Source: Candidatus Altimarinota bacterium (GTDB lineage Bacteria > Patescibacteriota > Gracilibacteria > UBA4473). Taken from it: a stretch of DNA of 38,987 nucleotides. Where the stretch lies: NCBI GenBank assembly GCA_027028725.1, contig JALVIB010000017.1:1-38987 (forward strand), in the 5' to 3' direction. Every line of letters starts with the position of its first letter. Position 1 is the first letter of the stretch. Made by a program: the position numbers and the translations under genes. The notes under the pieces are model-generated. The model ran no database searches and was not told the DNA's origin. It saw only the letters and a program-made list of their open reading frames with translations. This document shows, in pieces, positions 9,759 through 17,412 of the stretch.

Positions 9759-9983
9759 ATGTACAAACTAAAAACAGATTCATGGTATCTCGAACGAATT
9801 TTGTTCCTAATTGCTGGGTTTTTCGTCCTTGGCTCAATTTTCGCGGGATTTTATGTTCATCCGTATTTCTTTTATTTCGCGGGATTTGTCGGATTTTCTC
9901 AACTAATTTTTGGACTAACCGGTTGGTGTTTGATGGCGATTATTTTGCGAAGCTGCGGAGTGAAAGGGAAGTTGGAGAAATGA
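9759..9983 (+). CDS. DUF2892 (YgaP-like) small membrane protein
   Basis: 74 aa with two TM helices and the GLTGWCLM motif. Two motif copies are translated as IFAGF and YFAGF. Confidence 0.6.
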   Translation: MYKLKTDSWYLERILFLIAGFFVLGSIFAGFYVHPYFFYFAGFVGFSQLIFGLTGWCLMAIILRSCGVKGKLEK

Positions 9984-10177
9984 TTTCGCGGGATTTTAGA
10001 AAAAAATGCGTTAATGTAGGGAACGAATATTTTCGTTCCTCGTTAAATTATCTTTATTTGAATTAATTTTTTGGAGCGAAGATATTCGCTCCCTACGAAC
10101 AAGAATAAAATCCCGCGAGATTTTTCTCGTAACCCCGCCGCCTTGTAAACTCCCCCAAAACTTTTAGAATACTCCTG

Positions 10178-11689
10178 ATGTTTTCCAATAAGAAAATCCT
10201 CGGGAACGCTTTCGCGCAGTTTGGCGGAAAGTTTATCACGATGTTCACGAGTTTTTTGATTGTGAAGTTGATAACTTCCCTTGGGGCGAGTTTTTATGGA
10301 CAATATGTGACAGCTTCTGAATTTTTAGCGTTTTTTGGGATTATTGCGGATATGGGGCTTTTTGCCGTGGCGGTGCGGGAAATTAGCAAGGCGGATAGTG
10401 CGAAAAATCCCGCGAAAAAAGACCTCACCCCAAACCCTCCCGAACACTCGGGACTAGAAGGAGAGGGAATACACTCAAGTTCGGAATTCATTTTAGGAAA
10501 TATTTTGTCATTTAGATTACTTTTAATTTTAGGAGTAATTATTTTCGCGGGAATTTTTGCGCAATTTGTTCCGCAGTATTCTCCTGATTTGAAACTGGGG
10601 ATTTGGATTACTGCGATTTCTATGGGTTTAACAATTATCGCGGGAACTTTATCCAGTGTTTTGCAGGCACGAATGAAAATTCATAAGTATTCTTTGTCTT
10701 TGGTGATAGGGAAAATACTTTATGCTATTTGCGTATTTTTTATTATCAAAAATACGGAAATTTTCGCGGGATTTAACATCTTTTTTACTATTTTATGGGC
10801 AGGCGCGATTTCCAATTTTATTGTATCTTTATTAGTGTACTACTTTGTTTCCCGCGAAATTAAAATCCGCCTGCTTTGGGACACGAAATTCATCAAAAAA
10901 ACACTGCGCGATACTTTGTCTTACGGGCTGGCACTGGTTTTGCAAACTCTATATTTACGCATCGATATGATCTTGATTTCCATTATTTTGGGGATAACTT
11001 TCGCGGGAATTTACGGTGTGGCGACACGCGTTTTGGAATCAATTTTGGTTTTGGGCGTGTTTTTTGGGCAAGCGATGTTACCGCAGATTTCCGCACAGGA
11101 ACAAGATAGACAAAAATCTTCCGCGAGTTTGGTCTGGGGAATTGAGAAACTGCTCATTTTCTCTCTACCGATTATTATTGGCGTGAGCTTTTTTTCGCGG
11201 GATTTGGTAATACTTTTGAGTTCCAAAGAATTTCTGACCACCGCAACACAAATCGGATCTGACCGAATTTTACAAATCCTCATTCCGACCGTTTTTTTCG
11301 CCTTTTTCAACCAACTTTTCACTTTCACTTTGGTCGCGAAAAATTTACAGCGGAAACTGGTCTGGATAAACGGTTTGGCGCTCATCGCCAACGCGGTTTT
11401 GAACATTATTTTCCTGCGTCAATACGGACTTATCGCGGCGGCTATTTCAACCGTTGTTTGTGAAGTCTTGGTTTTTATTCTACTTTCCCGCGAAATTTCG
11501 CGACATTTTTCGTTTCCATTTTCCCGAAAGAATTTGAGCATAATTTTGCTGGCAAATTTAGCAATTTTCGCGGAAATTTTCTTTACTCCGCTTCGCGATA
11601 ATTTACTTCTAGCGGTTTTGATTTGCGGGATTACTTATTTGGTGATTTTGGGGACGAATGTTCGCGGATTCTTAAATTCATCAGAATAA
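10178..11689 (+). CDS. MOP-superfamily polysaccharide/lipid-linked oligosaccharide flippase (Wzx/MurJ-like)
   Basis: 503-aa polytopic membrane ORF with a typical polysaccharide-biosynthesis-protein layout. An in-frame hairpin element lies at 10423-10469. Confidence 0.75.
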   Translation: MFSNKKILGNAFAQFGGKFITMFTSFLIVKLITSLGASFYGQYVTASEFLAFFGIIADMGLFAVAVREISKADSAKNPAKKDLTPNPPEHSGLEGEGIHSSSEFILGNILSFRLLLILGVIIFAGIFAQFVPQYSPDLKLGIWITAISMGLTIIAGTLSSVLQARMKIHKYSLSLVIGKILYAICVFFIIKNTEIFAGFNIFFTILWAGAISNFIVSLLVYYFVSREIKIRLLWDTKFIKKTLRDTLSYGLALVLQTLYLRIDMILISIILGITFAGIYGVATRVLESILVLGVFFGQAMLPQISAQEQDRQKSSASLVWGIEKLLIFSLPIIIGVSFFSRDLVILLSSKEFLTTATQIGSDRILQILIPTVFFAFFNQLFTFTLVAKNLQRKLVWINGLALIANAVLNIIFLRQYGLIAAAISTVVCEVLVFILLSREISRHFSFPFSRKNLSIILLANLAIFAEIFFTPLRDNLLLAVLICGITYLVILGTNVRGFLNSSE

Positions 11690-11690
11690 A

Positions 11691-11719
11691 TTGACCATTT
11701 TGGGCAAAATTCATACAAT
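11691..11719 (+). promoter_or_regulatory. Candidate sigma70 promoter (TTGACC, 17-nt spacer, TACAAT) upstream of tRNA-Ser
   Basis: TTGACC lies at 11691-11696 and TACAAT at 11714-11719, about 55 nt upstream of the tRNA. Confidence 0.45.
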
Positions 11720-11776
11720 TCACGCGGTTTGACCACGAAATCCCCAACCACAGGTTGGCAGGCGCGAAATTTTTAC

Positions 11777-11866
11777 GGAGAGTTGCCGGAGCGGTCGAAC
11801 GGGGCACCCTGCTAAGGTGTTGTACCCGCAAGGGTACCGAGGGTTCGAATCCCTCACTCTCCGCCA
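11777..11866 (+). tRNA. tRNA-Ser (anticodon GCU), CCA encoded
   Basis: Hand-folded cloverleaf: acceptor GGAGAGT/ACTCTCC, anticodon loop CTGCTAA, long variable arm (TGTACCCGCAAGGGTACC), T arm GAGGG-TTCGAAT-CCCTC, discriminator G plus CCA. Confidence 0.9.
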
Positions 11867-12008
11867 GATTTAAAAATAGAGGGATGAGAACCCGATATTT
11901 CAAGGGTTCGACGCGCCGAAGCAAGACAGAAAAGCGACCGAGCGGAGCGAGGTCATTTTTATGGTGAGCGAGAAGCGAACGGCAAAAGAAAGATAAAAAA
12001 TAAGAAGT

Positions 12009-12038
12009 AATCCCTCACTCTCCGCCAGATTTAAAAAT
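12009..12038 (+). repeat. 30-nt direct duplicate of the tRNA-Ser 3' end plus flank (att-like scar)
   Basis: AATCCCTCACTCTCCGCCAGATTTAAAAAT at 11848-11877 is repeated exactly at 12009-12038. Confidence 0.85.
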
Positions 12039-12092
12039 TTCGCGGGATTTTGTGTTTGCATTTTTTCAAAATTTGTTGTAAATCTTAACTGA

Positions 12093-13388
12093 ATGAAAAA
12101 ATATCTTCTAGCGACTGTTTTACTAGCGGTGATTTTCACAATCCCGCGAATTTTCGCCACTTACGAGTGGCGGGAAACCAAAATTTCGCGGGTTTTGAGT
12201 TCTAATGTTTTTGTAACTTTGGATGATAAAAAGTGGCGGATAATCGGGGTTTTGCCGAATGACGAATTTTCTTCTAACAAGCGAGAGGCCTGCCACGCCA
12301 AGGGAAATTCCCGCGAAATTAGCGAGCTGTTGCTGGATAACAAAATTTTTTCCGCGACTGATGAAAAAGTCAAAGATGCATTGCACTTGAAAATCGGCAA
12401 AGAATATGTGACGGAAATTATTTTGCGAAAAGGTTGGGCAAAAATGAATGATGATGAAGTGAGTTCGTATTTTTCCGCGAGATTTAAGCGAGCGCAGGAA
12501 CTTGCGCAGAAAGAAAAACTTGGTTTGTGGGGACCATGTTTGGATGACTTGAATTGGCAAAAAATTCGCGGGAATTTCGGCGAACGCATGCGGAAATTGA
12601 AACGCGAAAATCCACAATTTCTCGGCTCGGTAGCGGTTGGTGAAGTGGTGGAAGTTTTGTCAGGCAATGAGTTTCGGTTGAAAAACGGACCAATTGTGCG
12701 CTTGGCAGATGTGGAAATTCCCCGCGAAAATAATTCGGCGAGTCGCTGTTTTCAGAAAAACTCGCGAAATTATTTGGAAAATCTGATTTTGGGCAAGAAA
12801 GTTCGTTTGGAAAAACCGGTAAATTCCCGCGAAATTATGGATTACAAGTTGGTGCGGGTGGTTTATTTGGAAGAGGGGAATCGTTTGAAAAAACTACCTC
12901 ACCCTCCCGAGTACTCGGAACTAGGAGAGGGAGCCAACCTAAATTTTCGCCACCACCTTGCGGGGGGAAAGAATAAAAATTTTCGCCACCGCCTTGCGGG
13001 GCACAGCGGGATTTCGGTTAATGAAAAAATGATTCGGGATGGTTTTGGGAAATTCGCGGGATTTTCAAAACCTCACCCCAACCCTCTCCTAGAAGGAGAG
13101 GGAGTTTTAAAGGAATTGCAAAAAGAAGTTTATGCTAATCCGCGGGGGGCGTGGGCGATTTGTGCGCGGGAGATTTTGAATACTTCGGTGGAAAATCCCG
13201 CGAAAAATTCCGAAATTCGTGAAATTGACGAGAATTGTCCGATTAAAGGGAATATTTCTGGCACCAAAGCCAATCCGATAAAAACTTATCACACCGTTTT
13301 GAGCGGTTGGTACGATCGTGTCCAGCCGGAACAATGTTTCCAAACAGAGGAAGAGGCAAATCTCGCGGGATTTCGGAAGGTGAAGTGA
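12093..13388 (+). CDS. Secreted nuclease with two SNase (thermonuclease)-like domains and a C-terminal IKGN..YH..CF..EA..GFR module
   Basis: N-terminal signal/anchor MKKYLLATVLLAVIFT. Domain 1 ends in AQKEKLGLWGPC and domain 2 in ANPRGAWAIC. The tail reads CPIKGNISGTKANPIKTYH...CFQTEEEANLAGFRKV. Several hairpin repeats are translated inside domain 2. Confidence 0.75.
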   Translation: MKKYLLATVLLAVIFTIPRIFATYEWRETKISRVLSSNVFVTLDDKKWRIIGVLPNDEFSSNKREACHAKGNSREISELLLDNKIFSATDEKVKDALHLKIGKEYVTEIILRKGWAKMNDDEVSSYFSARFKRAQELAQKEKLGLWGPCLDDLNWQKIRGNFGERMRKLKRENPQFLGSVAVGEVVEVLSGNEFRLKNGPIVRLADVEIPRENNSASRCFQKNSRNYLENLILGKKVRLEKPVNSREIMDYKLVRVVYLEEGNRLKKLPHPPEYSELGEGANLNFRHHLAGGKNKNFRHRLAGHSGISVNEKMIRDGFGKFAGFSKPHPNPLLEGEGVLKELQKEVYANPRGAWAICAREILNTSVENPAKNSEIREIDENCPIKGNISGTKANPIKTYHTVLSGWYDRVQPEQCFQTEEEANLAGFRKVK

Positions 13389-13428
13389 TGGAGTTGACTT
13401 ATCCACTGTGTTTGTTTATAAGAAAAAT

Positions 13429-13863
13429 ATGAATGAAAAATTACCGGTTCCAGTTGAATTGAAAGATATGACAGAGTTTGATCCTAATTATGGGAGAACT
13501 AGAACATCAATAGAAAGAATTCAGGATATTTTAGAAATGTCTAAAGATGAAAAATCAGGAATAACAATGGTTTTCACCATAGATAATGCTCCAAGTTATG
13601 ATTCTCGAAAAACGCATTACGGACAAGTCGGAGCTAGTGCAGCTAATACTATAAATGAATATAAAATAGGAGATAAACTTTGGGAACAGTGCCCTATAAT
13701 TTATTATACTGATGGCGGAATTGAATTTATTGAGGGGTTTGGAGGTACGGCAACAGAATCTCCTAGTTCAATTGTGATAATTGTTCCACCACAAGGGAAG
13801 GCTATTAAGTATTGGCAAAAAATTACAAACGAGAAAATTAGAGAATATTTAATAAACAAATAA
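13429..13863 (+). CDS. Hypothetical protein (AT-rich, without the dispersed motif)
   Basis: ORF 13408..13863, for which the ATG at 13429 (MNEKL) is preferred over the GTG at 13408. No family recognised. Confidence 0.5.
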   Translation: MNEKLPVPVELKDMTEFDPNYGRTRTSIERIQDILEMSKDEKSGITMVFTIDNAPSYDSRKTHYGQVGASAANTINEYKIGDKLWEQCPIIYYTDGGIEFIEGFGGTATESPSSIVIIVPPQGKAIKYWQKITNEKIREYLINK

Positions 13864-13964
13864 TTTGTAAAAATTTCGCGGGATTTTTAACTATTTCGTA
13901 GACTCTGAATCAAGTTCAGAGAGTTTGTTTTATTTTTTCGCGGGATTTTTGTATACTTTTCGCG

Positions 13965-15065
13965 ATGCAAAAAATTAAAAATCAACCTCACCCCAACCCT
14001 CTCCTAGAAGGAGAGGGAGTTAAAAGGATTTATTTAAAACAACCCCCTCAATCCCCCTTGTCAGGGGGAAGCTCTGGAAATCCCGCGAAAAAAAAGCCGT
14101 TTATTCCAAATTTGAAAAAATTGTCCCAAAATCCGCAACGATTAGCTAGCGGGCATCGGCTTTGTCCGGGGTGTGGGATTGGAGTGATTTTGAAGCAAGC
14201 ACTGACGACGATTGATAATCCTGTGGTGGTTGCCAATGCGACAGGGTGTTCGGAAATTTGTTTTTCGCCGTATCCGCAAAACGCTTTCAAAGTGCCGTGG
14301 ATTCACTCGGTTTTTGAAAACAGCGCGGCGGTGATTTCCGGTGTGGAGTCGGCGTGGCGAGTTTTCGTGAAAAAAGGAAAACTGACTGAGGAACAGAAAA
14401 AAATTAAATTTTTAGCCGTCGGCGGAGACGGAGCGACTTACGATATCGGGTTTCAGTGGCTGAGTGGGGCGATTGAACGCGGGCACGATTTCACTTACAT
14501 TTGTTTCGATAACGAAGGATATATGAACACTGGTTATCAGCGATCGGGAGCGACAAATTTGGGGTTCGCGACACATACTTCCCCAGTTGGAAAGAAAATT
14601 GTCGGGAAAATTCAGCAACGGAAAGATCTAACGCGGATTATTGCGGCGCACCATATTCCGTATGTGGCGCAGGTAAATCCCGCGAATTCTTTTGATTTGA
14701 TGAAAAAAGCCAAAAAAGCGTTTGATGCGGAAGGACCAGCTTTTTTAAACGCTTTCTCGATGTGTCCGACAAACTGGAAATATTCCAGCGAACAGGGGAT
14801 TGAGATTGCGGCGTTGGCAACTGAAGCGGGATTATGGCCACTTTATGAAGTCGATCACGGGCGTTGGAAAATTAATTTCAAACCGAAAGCCAGCAAAACT
14901 TACCGCGAAAAAAACGAGCCGTTGGAGAAATTTTTATCACTGCAAGGACGGACTAAACACCTTCTCAAACCGGAAAATCGCGGGATTTTGGACCAACTCA
15001 AAAAGCAAATCGCTGACGATTGGGATTATTTGCTGGGTATGGAGGAAGCGTTTCCGTTGAAGTAA
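13965..15065 (+). CDS. porB: 2-oxoacid:ferredoxin oxidoreductase beta subunit (TPP-binding, PorB-type)
   Basis: GHRLCPGCG and GGDGATYDIGFQWLSGAIERGHDFTYICFDNEGYMNTG (TPP-binding signature). The first roughly 45 codons are translated repeat elements. Confidence 0.85.
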   Translation: MQKIKNQPHPNPLLEGEGVKRIYLKQPPQSPLSGGSSGNPAKKKPFIPNLKKLSQNPQRLASGHRLCPGCGIGVILKQALTTIDNPVVVANATGCSEICFSPYPQNAFKVPWIHSVFENSAAVISGVESAWRVFVKKGKLTEEQKKIKFLAVGGDGATYDIGFQWLSGAIERGHDFTYICFDNEGYMNTGYQRSGATNLGFATHTSPVGKKIVGKIQQRKDLTRIIAAHHIPYVAQVNPANSFDLMKKAKKAFDAEGPAFLNAFSMCPTNWKYSSEQGIEIAALATEAGLWPLYEVDHGRWKINFKPKASKTYREKNEPLEKFLSLQGRTKHLLKPENRGILDQLKKQIADDWDYLLGMEEAFPLK

Positions 15066-15134
15066 AATTTCGCGGGATTTTTCCAGAGGAAAGGAAGAAT
15101 TTTAGAGGTCAGAAGAGAATCTCGTGAAAAAACC

Positions 15135-15286
15135 ACATTGTTATCTCGACCGACAAGTTGGGGATAAAAAAGTTAAAAAACAAGTTCGAACTTAGCACAG
15201 GATAAAAAAGTGTTTAAGTTCGAACTTAAGTTTTTTAAAGTAGCAAGATCTCTCCGCTCGTCGTGCCTCCTCGGTCGAGATGACAA
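15135..15286. repeat. MITE-like element with 17-nt terminal inverted repeats (ATTGTTATCTCGACCGA / TCGGTCGAGATGACAAT)
   Basis: The TIRs were read directly and differ at 1 position. Internally, AAGTTCGAACTTA is duplicated. A related copy lies at 27634-27747. Confidence 0.5.
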
Positions 15287-15307
15287 TAGGAAAAATCCCG
15301 CGAAAAT

Positions 15308-15883
15308 TTAACTATTCAAAATTTCATCAATAACTTTAAAGTCTTTTTCTGTTAAAAATGAAATATCTTTGAATACAAAGTCACCATAAATCTCTTCTGC
15401 TAAATTAGCTTTTTTCAATCTAAGCCAAACTTTTTTGGCTTGTCTGCTTGGAGAGTCTGATGACAAAGACTTGTATCCCAAACTTTTTATCGATAAAAAT
15501 ATGGCTAACTTTACATATGATAAAACACCAAGCCCCTTATTTATATATTCTTTCTTAATTTCTTCATTATTAAACACGCTTCTTGAGTCTGCTCCAAAAA
15601 ATCTGTTATATTCAATAGATCCTATAACTTCCCCTGCTTTACTGGATATTTCTAATTTACTATCTTCAATAGGACTGAATTTTACCTTTAATTTTTTTTC
15701 TCGTTTTAAAAAAAACAAGAGAGCTTTAATTATTTTTTCTTGTTCTTCTGTAAATTCACGATTTAAAGCTTGCTTAACTTTATTAAAAATTGGTTTCTCA
15801 ATTATTAATATTTCTTTCAAAGAAACTTCTGGTTCAAAACGATCATCTAAAATGTCTCTAAGTATTTGATCTAATATACTCAT
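15308..15883 (-). CDS. Hypothetical protein, possibly GNAT-fold (AT-rich, motif-free)
   Basis: 191-aa ORF whose start overlaps the stop of the upstream DHH-like gene (TAATG). It has a weak GNAT-like segment, INKGLGVLSY...AKKVWLRL. Confidence 0.5.
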   Translation of the reverse strand: MSILDQILRDILDDRFEPEVSLKEILIIEKPIFNKVKQALNREFTEEQEKIIKALLFFLKREKKLKVKFSPIEDSKLEISSKAGEVIGSIEYNRFFGADSRSVFNNEEIKKEYINKGLGVLSYVKLAIFLSIKSLGYKSLSSDSPSRQAKKVWLRLKKANLAEEIYGDFVFKDISFLTEKDFKVIDEILNS

Positions 15884-17178
15884 TATTTCATCGGGACAAT
15901 AAACGGGACTTCCGCTGGGGCGCTGGCGGATTTCTTTGGTGAAAATTTTCGACCGTCGCCATGGCTTTGGTCGACACGCGCGGCTTCAGCTTTTTGCTTT
16001 TCATATTCCGCGTAAATATCAACTTTGGTGATGTCCGTCCCCGTTGGAAGTCCTAAGCGAGATTCCTGAAAATCCGCGAATTTTCGTAAGACAACGGCTT
16101 GTACTTCCGCCACGGATTTTTTCGGAATAATGAAATTCACACCAAACGGCACCGAAATTAAATCAAAATCCGCTTCCAAATCCGAGAAATCAAAATCCTC
16201 CATTTCCGCGCGCAATTGCACGAGCGTGTGGTCGGGATATTCGATAAATCCCGCGAAAAAATCCGCGCCATTGGTGTGTCGCAAAAGTTCTTCTGCCCAC
16301 GAATCAATGTCGTCTGGAGTTGCCTCCGCTAATTCAAAATCAGATTGCGTCAAAGTTGTCCAAGCAAAACGATGTTGCGCATCAAGTTGCAAATTATTGA
16401 GCATTCGCCCCAAAACCTGCACATTTTCGCGGGATTTTCGTTTGAATAAATATTCAATGATTGTCGAATGATCTGCGCCCAAAACTTGCAATTCCGCGGC
16501 TAGCGAAAGCGATCGCGAAGAAGTTTTCGCTGATAAAAAGTTGTCGGTGCTGGCGGAAATTCCCGCGAAAAAAGCGTTAATGGCGTTTTTCTTCAAAGAT
16601 TTTTGAAGTGTCTCGTCTTCCATCACCAAATTCGCGATAATTTCCGAAACGGAAGACGCCGAAGCATTGATTAAATTCACATTTCCAAACATTTCGTTGG
16701 CGGGATTGTTGGAAATATTCAAAACCGTCGTATTGGAAAAAAGCGCGGTATTTTTCGCGAAAATTTCCCCGCAATCCTCCAAGGCATCAACACCAATGGT
16801 CACAATCAAATCAAATTTCCCGACATAATCCTCCACGGAAACCAAATCCCGCGAAATTTTGCCGTCTTCGTCAGTGACAAAAATGTGCAGTTTTCCATCG
16901 ACGATTTCGTAATTCAATCCGTTTTCATCGGCATTATAAATGGTAATCGCTACGCCTTTTCCGTCTTGCAAAGTCTTTTGGACGATCGCGTGGTTTTTGA
17001 GAAAACTTAATTTTTTGGAAACTTTCTCAGGCGATACAGCGGTCACTTCCTTCGATTCAGAAAGCAAACTTTCCAATCCCAGAAGCCCCGCCATATCGTC
17101 TAATTGCCAATTTTGGGAACCAACTAACAGAATTTTCGCGGAATTTCGGATTAATGAGATGGCTTTTTTGTTATTCAT
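15883..17178 (-). CDS. DHH/NrnA-family phosphoesterase homolog with degenerate catalytic motifs
   Basis: NASASSVSEIIANLV matches the NrnA segment DTSASSVSEMIYELY. However, the DHH motif position reads ISNNPAN, and the N-terminal DxD region is also degenerate. Confidence 0.65.
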   Translation of the reverse strand: MNNKKAISLIRNSAKILLVGSQNWQLDDMAGLLGLESLLSESKEVTAVSPEKVSKKLSFLKNHAIVQKTLQDGKGVAITIYNADENGLNYEIVDGKLHIFVTDEDGKISRDLVSVEDYVGKFDLIVTIGVDALEDCGEIFAKNTALFSNTTVLNISNNPANEMFGNVNLINASASSVSEIIANLVMEDETLQKSLKKNAINAFFAGISASTDNFLSAKTSSRSLSLAAELQVLGADHSTIIEYLFKRKSRENVQVLGRMLNNLQLDAQHRFAWTTLTQSDFELAEATPDDIDSWAEELLRHTNGADFFAGFIEYPDHTLVQLRAEMEDFDFSDLEADFDLISVPFGVNFIIPKKSVAEVQAVVLRKFADFQESRLGLPTGTDITKVDIYAEYEKQKAEAARVDQSHGDGRKFSPKKSASAPAEVPFIVPMK

Positions 17179-17412
17179 GGTTTTGTGATAGAAATCCGCC
17201 CTTGATTTGAGCGAGAAATTATTTTACAACATAAAAAAATAAAAGTCAAATAAATTTCGCGGGATTTTTTTGCCCCCCTTGTAAGGGGGGAGCGGGGGGT
17301 TAATTTTTCGCGGGATTTTTTATATGGGCGATTACTAATCGCCCCTACTATTAACTATTAACTCTTAATTATTAACTAAAAAACTGTCCCTACTTGTAAA
17401 CTCGTGAACTTG

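Noticed and set aside
9782-10066. ORF 9782..10066 (+)
   Set aside because: It is an out-of-frame overlap of the DUF2892 gene and is largely composed of translated motif copies.
11631-11967. ORFs 11631..11924 (-) and 11755..11967 (+)
   Set aside because: They overlap tRNA-Ser and its duplicated flank, so they are spurious translations of RNA or repeat sequence.
11878-12038. A second complete tRNA gene after tRNA-Ser
   Set aside because: Only the T-arm 3' half and the acceptor 3' strand are duplicated. No cloverleaf can be folded from the 131-nt spacer.
11690-12092. An integrated prophage or genomic island at tRNA-Ser
   Set aside because: No integrase or cargo genes lie between or next to the direct repeats. 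Only a 131-nt insert is present, so at most a scar remains.
12123-12693. Long antisense ORFs overlapping real genes. These include 12123..12617, 12161..12667, 6289..6651, 7724..8191, 19391..19816, 34249..34848, 15435..15869, 29749..30174 and 33034..33453.
   Set aside because: They are shadow frames opposite well-supported CDSs. They have low-complexity or repeat-derived translations and no recognisable motifs.
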